From Candidatus Rifleibacteriota bacterium (GTDB taxonomy: Bacteria; Muiribacteriota; Ozemobacteria; Ozemobacterales; Ozemobacteraceae): 23,738 bases of DNA. Location: NCBI GenBank assembly GCA_051747585.1, contig JBNJGH010000048.1:1-23738 (forward strand). Reading direction: 5' to 3'. Below, piece by piece: positions 1-7,393 of this stretch (the first letter of the stretch is position 1; each line of letters starts with the position of its first letter). A model generated the notes under the pieces. The model was not told the DNA's origin. It worked only from the letters and a program-made list of their open reading frames with translations, and searched no databases. The translations under genes were made by a program, and so were the position numbers.

Positions 1-47
1 CTTTTCTGAAGGCTTGCTGAAGAAGGAAACAATGGCTGAAAAAAATT

Positions 48-76
48 CTCTGTGTTCTCTGTGCGCTCTGTGGTTA
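48..76. repeat. 9-bp-period triple repeat CTCTGTG-NN followed by GTTA
   Basis: CTCTGTG at 48-54, 57-63 and 66-72, with spacers tt and cg. Confidence 0.8.
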
Positions 77-80
77 TTTT

Positions 81-108
81 CTTTGTGGCTTTGAGACTTC
101 GTGTGAGA
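81..108. repeat. 8-bp-period degenerate triple repeat (CTTTGTGG/CTTTGAGA/CTTCGTGT) followed by GAGA
   Basis: Units at 81-88, 89-96 and 97-104, directly after the 9-bp repeat. Confidence 0.6.
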
Positions 109-172
109 AATTTTCTTTTCTGAAACCAACTGATAGTCGCATACCGAGAATTGCTGGCAACTAATGCTTGTA

Positions 173-201
173 TTGCAATGAGGGTATATCTATGCTATTC
201 T
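173..201 (+). promoter_or_regulatory. Putative sigma70-type promoter of murC
   Basis: TTGCAA (173-178), 17-nt spacer, TATTCT (196-201), with extended -10 TG at 193-194. Confidence 0.55.
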
Positions 202-272
202 TTTGCGAATCAGAAAGACTGTTGTTCATTCCAGAAAAAAATGCATTTAAGCACAAATTCTGATTTTTTTCT

Positions 273-299
273 TAAGTATGTGCAGAATTATGCCGATTA
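273..299 (+). promoter_or_regulatory. Possible sigma28 (FliA/SigD)-like promoter upstream of murC
   Basis: TAAG-N15-GCCGATTA compared with consensus TAAA-N15/16-GCCGATAA. Confidence 0.3.
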
Positions 300-351
300 C
301 TATTGAGAAAAACAGCAAAGGCTTAATTGCAAGGAGGCAGAAAAAAATCAG

Positions 352-1767
352 ATGACACCTCGAAAAGGGATACATTTCATTGGAATCGGCGGTGTTGGAA
401 TGAGCGGCCTGGCACTCATTTTTCTACACAAGGGCTACAGTATTTCAGGTTCAGATGTTTTTGATAACGAAAGAGTTGCTGAATTAAAACATCTTGGTGC
501 ACAGATTTTTACAGGGCACCATGAAAGCAATCTTCCTGAAAACACAGAAAAAGTTGTAGTATCAACTGCAATAAAACAAAACAATCCGGAACTTTTAAAA
601 GCAAGAGAACTTGGTTTACCGATTATACACAGATCTGACCTTCTTGCTGAACTCTTTCTCGATTCAGAAAAGGGTATAGCAGTTGCAGGTTGCCATGGCA
701 AAACTACTGTAAGTTCAATGATTGCTACCATTTTAAAATATGCCGAAAAAGATCCAACCTGCGTTATCGGTGGCCATGTAAATGCATTGAACAGTAACGC
801 ATGCGCCGGCTCTTCCGACTTATTTGTTGCTGAAGCAGACGAAAGCGACGCAACTTTCCTTAAATATTTTCCGCAATTTGCGGTCATCACCAATATAGAC
901 AACGATCACATGGATCATTACTCAAGCATCGATGCAATAGTTAAAGCTTTTGAAGTTTTTGCATCTCATGCGAACCCTGAAGGTGCACTTTTCTATTGTG
1001 CTGACGATCCTATCACAAGAAATCTTGCCCTTCCTGAAACAACCAGCTCCATTTCTTATGGAATCAATATTCCATCTGATATTATGGCCGAAAATGTTAA
1101 GCATCATCCATACGGCTCAACTTTTACCCTAAGTATTGGTGGCCTCAAAAAAGCTGACTTTCAAATGGCAGTTCCTGGAAGACACAATATATTGAATGCT
1201 CTACCGGCCATTGGATTCTGCCTTGAAATTGGACTGACAGTAGAACAAATTCAAAGAGGACTGCTCAAGTTTACCGGAGCAGGTCGTCGCTTTGAAATAA
1301 AAGGTGAATTTGAAGGCGTTACTATTATTGATGATTATGGTCATCACCCGAACGAAATTAAAGCAACTCTTGAGGCAGCTCAAAGTTTGAATGCCCGTAG
1401 AGTAGTTGTAGTTTTTCAACCCCACCGATATTCAAGAACACAGTTTCTTTCACGGGAATTCGGCAGATGTTTCGATTTCTGCGATAAACTTTTCATTACC
1501 GACATTTATGCAGCTTCAGAGAAACCCATACCAGGAGTTACCAGCAAGGTCATTCTCGACCATATGCCGGTAGCCCACAGACGTAAGGTTAAGATGGTTA
1601 AAAATGTCGAAGATGTAAAATTACATCTTCTCGACTATATTGAACCAGGTGATGTTGTTTTAACAATGGGTGCAGGAAATGTTACCAAACTTGGACCTGA
1701 AATTCTTCTCTCGATGAAATCGCGAACTGTTGATTTTGACGAAATTCCTTTGAAAGCGGCAATATAA
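352..1767 (+). CDS. murC: UDP-N-acetylmuramate--L-alanine ligase
   Basis: IHFIGIGGVGMSGLA N-terminus, AGCHGKTT P-loop, EADESD, NIDNDHMD, DDYGHHPNE, FQPHRYSRT, MGAG. SD AAGGAGG at 331-337. Confidence 0.97.
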   Translation: MTPRKGIHFIGIGGVGMSGLALIFLHKGYSISGSDVFDNERVAELKHLGAQIFTGHHESNLPENTEKVVVSTAIKQNNPELLKARELGLPIIHRSDLLAELFLDSEKGIAVAGCHGKTTVSSMIATILKYAEKDPTCVIGGHVNALNSNACAGSSDLFVAEADESDATFLKYFPQFAVITNIDNDHMDHYSSIDAIVKAFEVFASHANPEGALFYCADDPITRNLALPETTSSISYGINIPSDIMAENVKHHPYGSTFTLSIGGLKKADFQMAVPGRHNILNALPAIGFCLEIGLTVEQIQRGLLKFTGAGRRFEIKGEFEGVTIIDDYGHHPNEIKATLEAAQSLNARRVVVVFQPHRYSRTQFLSREFGRCFDFCDKLFITDIYAASEKPIPGVTSKVILDHMPVAHRRKVKMVKNVEDVKLHLLDYIEPGDVVLTMGAGNVTKLGPEILLSMKSRTVDFDEIPLKAAI

Positions 1768-1783
1768 GGTGGTAGAAGTAGAG

Positions 1784-1897
1784 ATGACTATTATAACTGC
1801 ATTATTCATGTTCAGTGTGGCAATTGTTTTATCCAGAGCCTCTGTCGCTCTAGGCTTTAAGATTCTTGATATGATAAAAAGCCGATACGGCTCTTGA
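1784..1897 (+). CDS. Putative small membrane protein, 37 aa (MTIITALFMFSVAIVLSRASVALGFKILDMIKSRYGS)
   Basis: ATG 16 nt after the murC stop, purine-rich AAGGTGG upstream, hydrophobic helix plus basic tail, stop just before the terminator. Below the ORF-track cutoff. Confidence 0.55.
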   Translation: MTIITALFMFSVAIVLSRASVALGFKILDMIKSRYGS

Positions 1898-1917
1898 ACT
1901 TTTTGAAAAAATATAAG

Positions 1918-1957
1918 CAAACAAAAAAGCTCTCAAATTTGAGAGCTTTTTTGTTTG
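1918..1957. terminator. Bidirectional intrinsic terminator (perfect 40-bp palindrome)
   Basis: CAAACAAAAAAGCTCTCAAA|TTTGAGAGCTTTTTTGTTTG, with T-tracts on both strands, between convergent genes. Confidence 0.9.
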
Positions 1958-1980
1958 TCTGAAAAGAACCTCGTTAGAAC

Positions 1981-4530
1981 TCAGGGTTGAGTTACAGCGA
2001 GTATATAAGAATCGCTTGCCAGCAAAAAATTTTCAGCAACATCTTCAACTTGCTGGATAGTGGTTGAAGCAATGATATCCGGATATTTCCTAGAATAATC
2101 AAAACCATTGCCAAAGAATTCATTTGATGCATAAGAACTGGCCAACGACTTATTATCTACTAATGACAAGGCATGCTGACCAATAATATATTTTTTGGCA
2201 TCTTCAAATTCTTTTTCACTAAAGCCTTCTTCCCTCAACTTATCGATTTCTTCTTTAAGTCTTCTGGTAGCTGTAGCTGTTTTATTTGCTGAAGTACTTA
2301 TAGCAGTCTGAAAATAGCCGGTATTAATTGTGCCGACATTATAAGCCCATGTACTGTAAGCGAGTGATTCTTTGGCCCTCAAAGTCTTAAAAAGTCTTGA
2401 AGACATCGAACCCGACAATATAGTCTGCAAAACCGACATGGCAGGAGCTTTTTTATCGTTTACCGGAAAAGTTTGGCACAAATAAATTATCTGCGACTGT
2501 TTGCGGTTTTTCTGCAGATCAATTCTGACCGGCTCTTCTAATTTTGCGGTCTTTGGCTCGTCTATATCTTTCACCCTGCCTTTATCAAATCTACCGAATT
2601 CTTTAAGCAAGGTATCCTTCATTTCATCTATATAAAAGTCGCCTACAATAGCTACAACCATATTACTGCCAACAAAATAATCCCGATGGAACTTTTTAAG
2701 GTTAGACAAATAAGTTCTTTTTATATCTTTTATTTTTCCATATTTTGAATATCCGAGAGGACTATCGGGAAAGAGCTCAGAAAGTGCTTTGTTCATAGTA
2801 AATTTATAAAGATCGTCTTTGTCTGACTCTATCCATTCTACAACCTGTTTTTTGAGCTTTTCAAATTCATCTTCAGAAAAATCGGGTTTTTCAAGAATAT
2901 CAAGAAACAACTTCAAGCTTGGAACAAAATTTTCAGACAAAGACTGCATTGAAAAAGAAGAATAGCTTTTACTCGCTTCACAACTATACTTAGAGCCCAT
3001 AGAAGCAAATTTTTCTGCAATTTCGGCTGCCGTCAAATCGTTTGCGCCTTTAAAGAGCATTTCGGTAGTTAGGTTTGCCAGTCCAGCTTGCCGACGACCT
3101 TCTCTTAATCCACCCGCTCCTACTTTAACTGAAACTGACACCAGTGGAGAAGCATGATTTTCTTTTAATATTAGCCTTATACCATTGTTTAAGGTAATCA
3201 TCTCAGGTTTGCTGTCAGGAGATGGTGGCTCAGGTTCAAACCGTGCAATTGTCAGGTTGGTGTCATGAAAATATTTCTGCGCAACTTCGGTTAAATCTTC
3301 AACAGTAACATTACGCACTCTATCTACATATTTATCGGTATCCCAGACACTTGCCAACAAAGCATAGTGCCCTAACCTGCCCGCATAGCCTTCAGCTGTC
3401 TCTTTATTGTATATGTCTCCGGCTATGATCTGCTGTTTTGCTTTTGCCAGCTCTTGTTCAGTAACTTCTCCCTCAAGGAAACGATAAACAATCTTCTTGG
3501 CTTTACTGGTAAACAGTCGCGTTTTACCTGAAGATGTAACAGCACCTACCTGGAAAAGCATTGGATACTGGCTGGCGTAATAACCGGCTCCTGCAGATAC
3601 AGCCAGCTGTTCTTTTTCAACCAGCTCCTGCCAAAGCCATGAAGACATGTCGCCGCCGGCTATTCTTGCCATTAATGCCAAAGCATACTGGTCTTCACTT
3701 TCGATTCCAGGCACATGCCAGCCCATTCTAATATAAGAATGCTGCAAGTCACCATGCTCTACAATCAGTCTTTGTTCTTTCTGTTGCGGTTCTCTGGGAA
3801 TATTCTGATCCGGGCTGTCAACCCTGGGTGCATTACCCATAAATTTTTTTACGATTTTAATTGCCTCATTAGTATCTACATCGCCAACAATAACTACCCA
3901 CATATTTGATGGAACATAGAATTTTTTATAAAAGGCATAGAGCTTGTCACGGGTAACTCGCTGCAAATTATCAAGATAACCGACAATGGGGTGGCGGTAA
4001 GGGTGCACTCTAAATGCTTCTTTCATTATAAGCTGTATAATTCTACTTGAGGGATTATCAAGAGACATTTTCAATTCTTCAATAACAACCTGAGTTTCTT
4101 TTTCCAGTTGTTCTTCAGGAAACGCGCTGTTCAAAACAGCGTCTGATTCGAGCTCGAACATTCTTTCAAAATATTTGCTGGCACCTACCAGATAGTAACA
4201 GGTGTAGTCATTAGCAGTGAAAGCATTCTGCATGGCTCCCATCTGCTTAACTTCGTTATCGAGAACCCCATAAGGATAGGTCTTGGTCCCTTTAAACATC
4301 ATGTGCTCTATGAGGTGAGCGTAACCTTCCTCACCTCTTTCTTCATTTACCGAACCAACTTTAACCCAGAAATTAACTGCAACCACCGGATAAGCTTTCA
4401 TTTCTTTGATAAAGACATTCAAACCGTTATCAAGCAGAAAATGACTACCTGACCTGGCAAAAGCTGATGAGGCGAGTAATACAAACGATAAAATCATTAG
4501 AAAGCTTAACTTCTGAATTGTTTTACCCAA
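1981..4530 (-). CDS. Secreted M16 (pitrilysin/insulinase, PqqL-like) zinc peptidase, two-lobed
   Basis: Signal peptide ending AFA; inverted zinc motif HLIEH in AHLIEHMMFKGT; NAFT; second lobe with degenerate GLANLTTEMLFKG; SSRLFKTLR..ESLAY. TTG start with AAGGAG 8 nt upstream. Confidence 0.93.
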   Translation of the reverse strand: MGKTIQKLSFLMILSFVLLASSAFARSGSHFLLDNGLNVFIKEMKAYPVVAVNFWVKVGSVNEERGEEGYAHLIEHMMFKGTKTYPYGVLDNEVKQMGAMQNAFTANDYTCYYLVGASKYFERMFELESDAVLNSAFPEEQLEKETQVVIEELKMSLDNPSSRIIQLIMKEAFRVHPYRHPIVGYLDNLQRVTRDKLYAFYKKFYVPSNMWVVIVGDVDTNEAIKIVKKFMGNAPRVDSPDQNIPREPQQKEQRLIVEHGDLQHSYIRMGWHVPGIESEDQYALALMARIAGGDMSSWLWQELVEKEQLAVSAGAGYYASQYPMLFQVGAVTSSGKTRLFTSKAKKIVYRFLEGEVTEQELAKAKQQIIAGDIYNKETAEGYAGRLGHYALLASVWDTDKYVDRVRNVTVEDLTEVAQKYFHDTNLTIARFEPEPPSPDSKPEMITLNNGIRLILKENHASPLVSVSVKVGAGGLREGRRQAGLANLTTEMLFKGANDLTAAEIAEKFASMGSKYSCEASKSYSSFSMQSLSENFVPSLKLFLDILEKPDFSEDEFEKLKKQVVEWIESDKDDLYKFTMNKALSELFPDSPLGYSKYGKIKDIKRTYLSNLKKFHRDYFVGSNMVVAIVGDFYIDEMKDTLLKEFGRFDKGRVKDIDEPKTAKLEEPVRIDLQKNRKQSQIIYLCQTFPVNDKKAPAMSVLQTILSGSMSSRLFKTLRAKESLAYSTWAYNVGTINTGYFQTAISTSANKTATATRRLKEEIDKLREEGFSEKEFEDAKKYIIGQHALSLVDNKSLASSYASNEFFGNGFDYSRKYPDIIASTTIQQVEDVAENFLLASDSYILAVTQP

Positions 4531-4664
4531 TTTGGCATCTCCTTATTCTGTTTTTAAAATTCTTTAAATCCATTCTATTGAGTTAGAGCAAAATACTATT
4601 ATTCAATTTAAGCTGAATGCCAGAAAAAAACAAACTCAAAAACCTATGTTATTTGAGCAAATTC

Positions 4665-4692
4665 TAATCTTGCTGGAGATAATTGCCGATAT
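4665..4692 (+). promoter_or_regulatory. Possible sigma28 (FliA/SigD)-like promoter of the SLH protein gene
   Basis: TAAT-N16-GCCGATAT, ending 34 nt before the ATG. Confidence 0.4.
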
Positions 4693-4726
4693 TCCTTATA
4701 GATAATCCTTCAGGAGCGCAAAACAA

Positions 4727-5950
4727 ATGAAAGAAGCAAACCGTTATTCAATTATTGGTATACTAATCGCTTTTATTGCCGTTGTTTTTTTAAGCAGCAC
4801 TGGCTTTTTAAAAGCAGCACTGGCAGGTTGGAATCTTAACCGGCTTCCACGTGAACTTAGACTTGGAATCGAGGCTGGTTTTATTGATTACTCAGAGTGC
4901 AAAAGTGCAAATTTAAGAAAACACATATCCAGAGGCCAATTTGCTGATATGACAATCACTTTGCTGCAAAATCTGGGAGCGACAGAAAATATTGACCGAA
5001 AAAAAATATCGCAAATTGGTATTTTCAATGCTCGCCCTTCCTATAACAGCATCAGCAGAAAACAGGCAATTGAGAGCATGTCACGAAGCTGTATATTTCT
5101 GGCAAATCAGAATAAAATAAATTTGCCACAAGATAACGCAACGAATTACCGTGATTACCGGGTACCAGGCAAATTTTCTCAGCCTATGAGTTATATGCAG
5201 AAAAAATATGTTATTCGCGGCTATCCCGGAAACACTATGAAAGCTGGACGCCGCTTAAGCATTAAAGAAGCGGTATATTTCTTATATCGTCTCTATGAAG
5301 CTGTTTCATCTGAGATGATGGCAAAGAAGCAGGCTAAAGAAATTTGCTTTATAGATATTCCGCTAAATCATCCAATTATGGGCAAAATCAGAACCCTTAC
5401 CAAAACAGGAGCTTTTGATCTTGTTTCTCTTAGACCTGCATTTGACGGGAATTCCAATATAAGTATAAAAGAACTAAAAGAAATTATTTCAGGAATTTTT
5501 AACAATTTTAATCATAAAGTAGATAAAATAAGATTAACCACAATTTTTGCAGACAATGAGAGATTTGTTAAAAGAAATGAACTGGCTTTGAGTCTTGAAT
5601 ATTTGTTATCTCTGGCAGACTCTTCAATGACAAAACCAGCCAGCAGACTTTCATATCTTGATGTAAAAACAGATTCAACAGAATATGAAGCATTGACAAA
5701 GCTTAACCGTTATGGAATTCAGCTGGGATATAACAACGGTTATTTCAAGGGAAACCAATTTGTTAACTGGTTTGAAACAGTCTCTGCTTTGGCAGAAGTT
5801 ATAGAGAAAATTCCAGGCAGTCATAAGGTTGTTACTAAAACGAAAAATGATAGACTGGCACAACAATCAGACATTAAAGAACTCATCGCACGTATCAAAG
5901 CCAAAAAAGCTAGAATACACAAAATTCTAAACCGACCGTATAAAAGATAA
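4727..5950 (+). CDS. Exported protein with several degenerate S-layer homology (SLH)-like repeats
   Basis: N-terminal hydrophobic signal or anchor; SLH-like segments IRGYPGNTMKAGRRLSIKEAVYFLYR, FIDIPLNHP, YLDV...LGYNNGYFKGNQFVNWFE; SD AGGAG. Confidence 0.7.
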   Translation: MKEANRYSIIGILIAFIAVVFLSSTGFLKAALAGWNLNRLPRELRLGIEAGFIDYSECKSANLRKHISRGQFADMTITLLQNLGATENIDRKKISQIGIFNARPSYNSISRKQAIESMSRSCIFLANQNKINLPQDNATNYRDYRVPGKFSQPMSYMQKKYVIRGYPGNTMKAGRRLSIKEAVYFLYRLYEAVSSEMMAKKQAKEICFIDIPLNHPIMGKIRTLTKTGAFDLVSLRPAFDGNSNISIKELKEIISGIFNNFNHKVDKIRLTTIFADNERFVKRNELALSLEYLLSLADSSMTKPASRLSYLDVKTDSTEYEALTKLNRYGIQLGYNNGYFKGNQFVNWFETVSALAEVIEKIPGSHKVVTKTKNDRLAQQSDIKELIARIKAKKARIHKILNRPYKR

Positions 5951-5958
5951 TCGCCTAA

Positions 5959-6017
5959 AAATAAAAAACCGCCTGAATCCAAATTTTAAAAATTAGTATT
6001 CAGGCGGTTTTTTATTT
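5959..6017. terminator. Bidirectional intrinsic terminator
   Basis: Perfect 20-bp arms AAATAAAAAACCGCCTGAAT (5959-5978) and ATTCAGGCGGTTTTTTATTT (5998-6017) between convergent genes. Confidence 0.9.
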
Positions 6018-6586
6018 CAACTTATAACGCGACTGAAAAGAAGTTTTTCATTTGGCTGGCAACTAATAACCATCTCTTTATCACAAGCTTCGGCTATAGT
6101 TTCGGCGGCGTGTTTTCCTTCAAGAGGATTAATGGTCGCAAAAATTTTCTCTACCGCAAAACCTTCGTGTTGAAGATAAACCTTAACTACCCAGAGACTC
6201 GCATGATTAGCCAATACACATTCTGAATCTCTGGTTAATTCTATACTCATTATTTCATCGAAATGAAAAGCTGAGTTTCTAATACCATGAATGCTTGTTT
6301 CTTTTAGAGTGAATTTCTTATCCCGGGTATCCATTGTTACATATTTTTTATAACTGAAAAGAATAATACCAGCCATCATAAAAGCAACTGAAACCACAGA
6401 ACAAAAAAGACAAAAACTAAACAGGGTAAAAAAAAGTTTTCTCACCAGAATCTGGATCATAATTCCGGAACCGGCGAGAATAAAAAGGCCTCCAAGGACA
6501 GAACAAACTTTAGAAGTTCTGAAAGTTACAATATCAGAATCGTAATCTTCCATTTTCATGACTTTGAACGTGCTAAGTGCTCCCAT
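6017..6586 (-). CDS. Hypothetical membrane protein (two TM helices plus a beta-rich soluble domain)
   Basis: 189-aa ORF, hydrophobic segments at about residues 27-47 and 52-77, GGGG SD-like sequence upstream, ends at the terminator. Confidence 0.75.
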   Translation of the reverse strand: MGALSTFKVMKMEDYDSDIVTFRTSKVCSVLGGLFILAGSGIMIQILVRKLFFTLFSFCLFCSVVSVAFMMAGIILFSYKKYVTMDTRDKKFTLKETSIHGIRNSAFHFDEIMSIELTRDSECVLANHASLWVVKVYLQHEGFAVEKIFATINPLEGKHAAETIAEACDKEMVISCQPNEKLLFSRVIS

Positions 6587-6874
6587 ACTCTATTTTCCCC
6601 AGACAAAAGTTTTATTTAATATAAGTTAGGTCAGTGGAATCGATAATAACAAAGCTTTTAGAGCCGGGTCAATAGAAATTTCTCTCTAAATGCGCGTACA
6701 CTCAGGGTTGCAGGCCAACCGTACTTTTCTAAGAGAAAAAAAATTTTATGTACAGCTCCTATATGGTTCCAATGTAAGGCAGAGGCAATTTTTTTTTGCC
6801 AATTTTTGGACCTAAACTCAAGACTCCGCTTTTGAAAGGGGCTTACAACAAAACGAAACAAGAAGGGTACCCTT

Positions 6875-7393
6875 TTACCGGGCAATTCGAGATAAAATTG
6901 CCTCAGAATCGGTAAGAACAACCTTCTCATTAAAAATTTTCAATCCATTAGCAAGCAAAACCTCAGAAGTTATGCCTCGCCCATCGATAAGTTGCCCTGA
7001 AAAAGTTCCATCGTAAACCTGACTGGAGCCGCAAGAAGGGCTTTTACTTTTTAAAATCGCAAACCTGGCAGAGTATAGTTTTGCAAAATGAGCGGCCTGC
7101 ATTGCTCCTTTTATGAAATTGTTACTGACATCTTTACCTTTATTACTGATAATTTTTTCCTGCCCGGCTAATATTTGTTTGGCGGACCCCTGAAGTTCTG
7201 ATGGATCCCTGGGTGTGGGTAACCCTCCCAGTTGTTCCGGGCATATCGGAACAAATAATATTCCATTTTGACAGGCTTGCCTGAAAAAAGATTGAAGCCC
7301 CTTCTGCCATGCAGAAGAGGCTTTTGCTTTATAATTACATTCAACACCTGCCAGACAGGCACTGATCAGAACGATTTTATTACTTACCTGCAT
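6875..7393 (-). CDS. DUF523 family Fe-S protein (2-thiouracil desulfurase/TudS-like)
   Basis: ISACLAGVECNY, ICPEQLGGLPTPR and LKSKSPSCG motifs. Start moved to ATG 7393 (MQVSNKIVLISAC); the track's 30 extra residues lie inside the upstream gene. Confidence 0.88.
   Translation of the reverse strand: MQVSNKIVLISACLAGVECNYKAKASSAWQKGLQSFFRQACQNGILFVPICPEQLGGLPTPRDPSELQGSAKQILAGQEKIISNKGKDVSNNFIKGAMQAAHFAKLYSARFAILKSKSPSCGSSQVYDGTFSGQLIDGRGITSEVLLANGLKIFNEKVVLTDSEAILSRIAR

Noticed and set aside
32..94. 20-codon ORF MAEKNSLCSLCALWLFSLWL after an AAGGA
   Set aside because: Its sequence is explained by the periodic DNA repeats, and the frame is open from the window edge, so it cannot be supported as a gene.
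48..108. CRISPR array
   Set aside because: Units are 8-9 bp with no unique spacers, and there are no cas genes.
435..902. 155-aa minus-strand ORF and other short ORFs inside murC
   Set aside because: Antisense or alternate-frame shadows of a well-conserved gene.
1660..1920. 86-aa minus-strand ORF
   Set aside because: Starts within the terminator and overlaps murC. The plus-strand 37-aa ORF fits better.
6658..6930. 90-aa basic ORF with faint RnpA-like KKIASALHWNHI
   Set aside because: Lacks the RNR motif, overlaps the DUF523 gene, has no clear SD and runs through homopolymer tracts.
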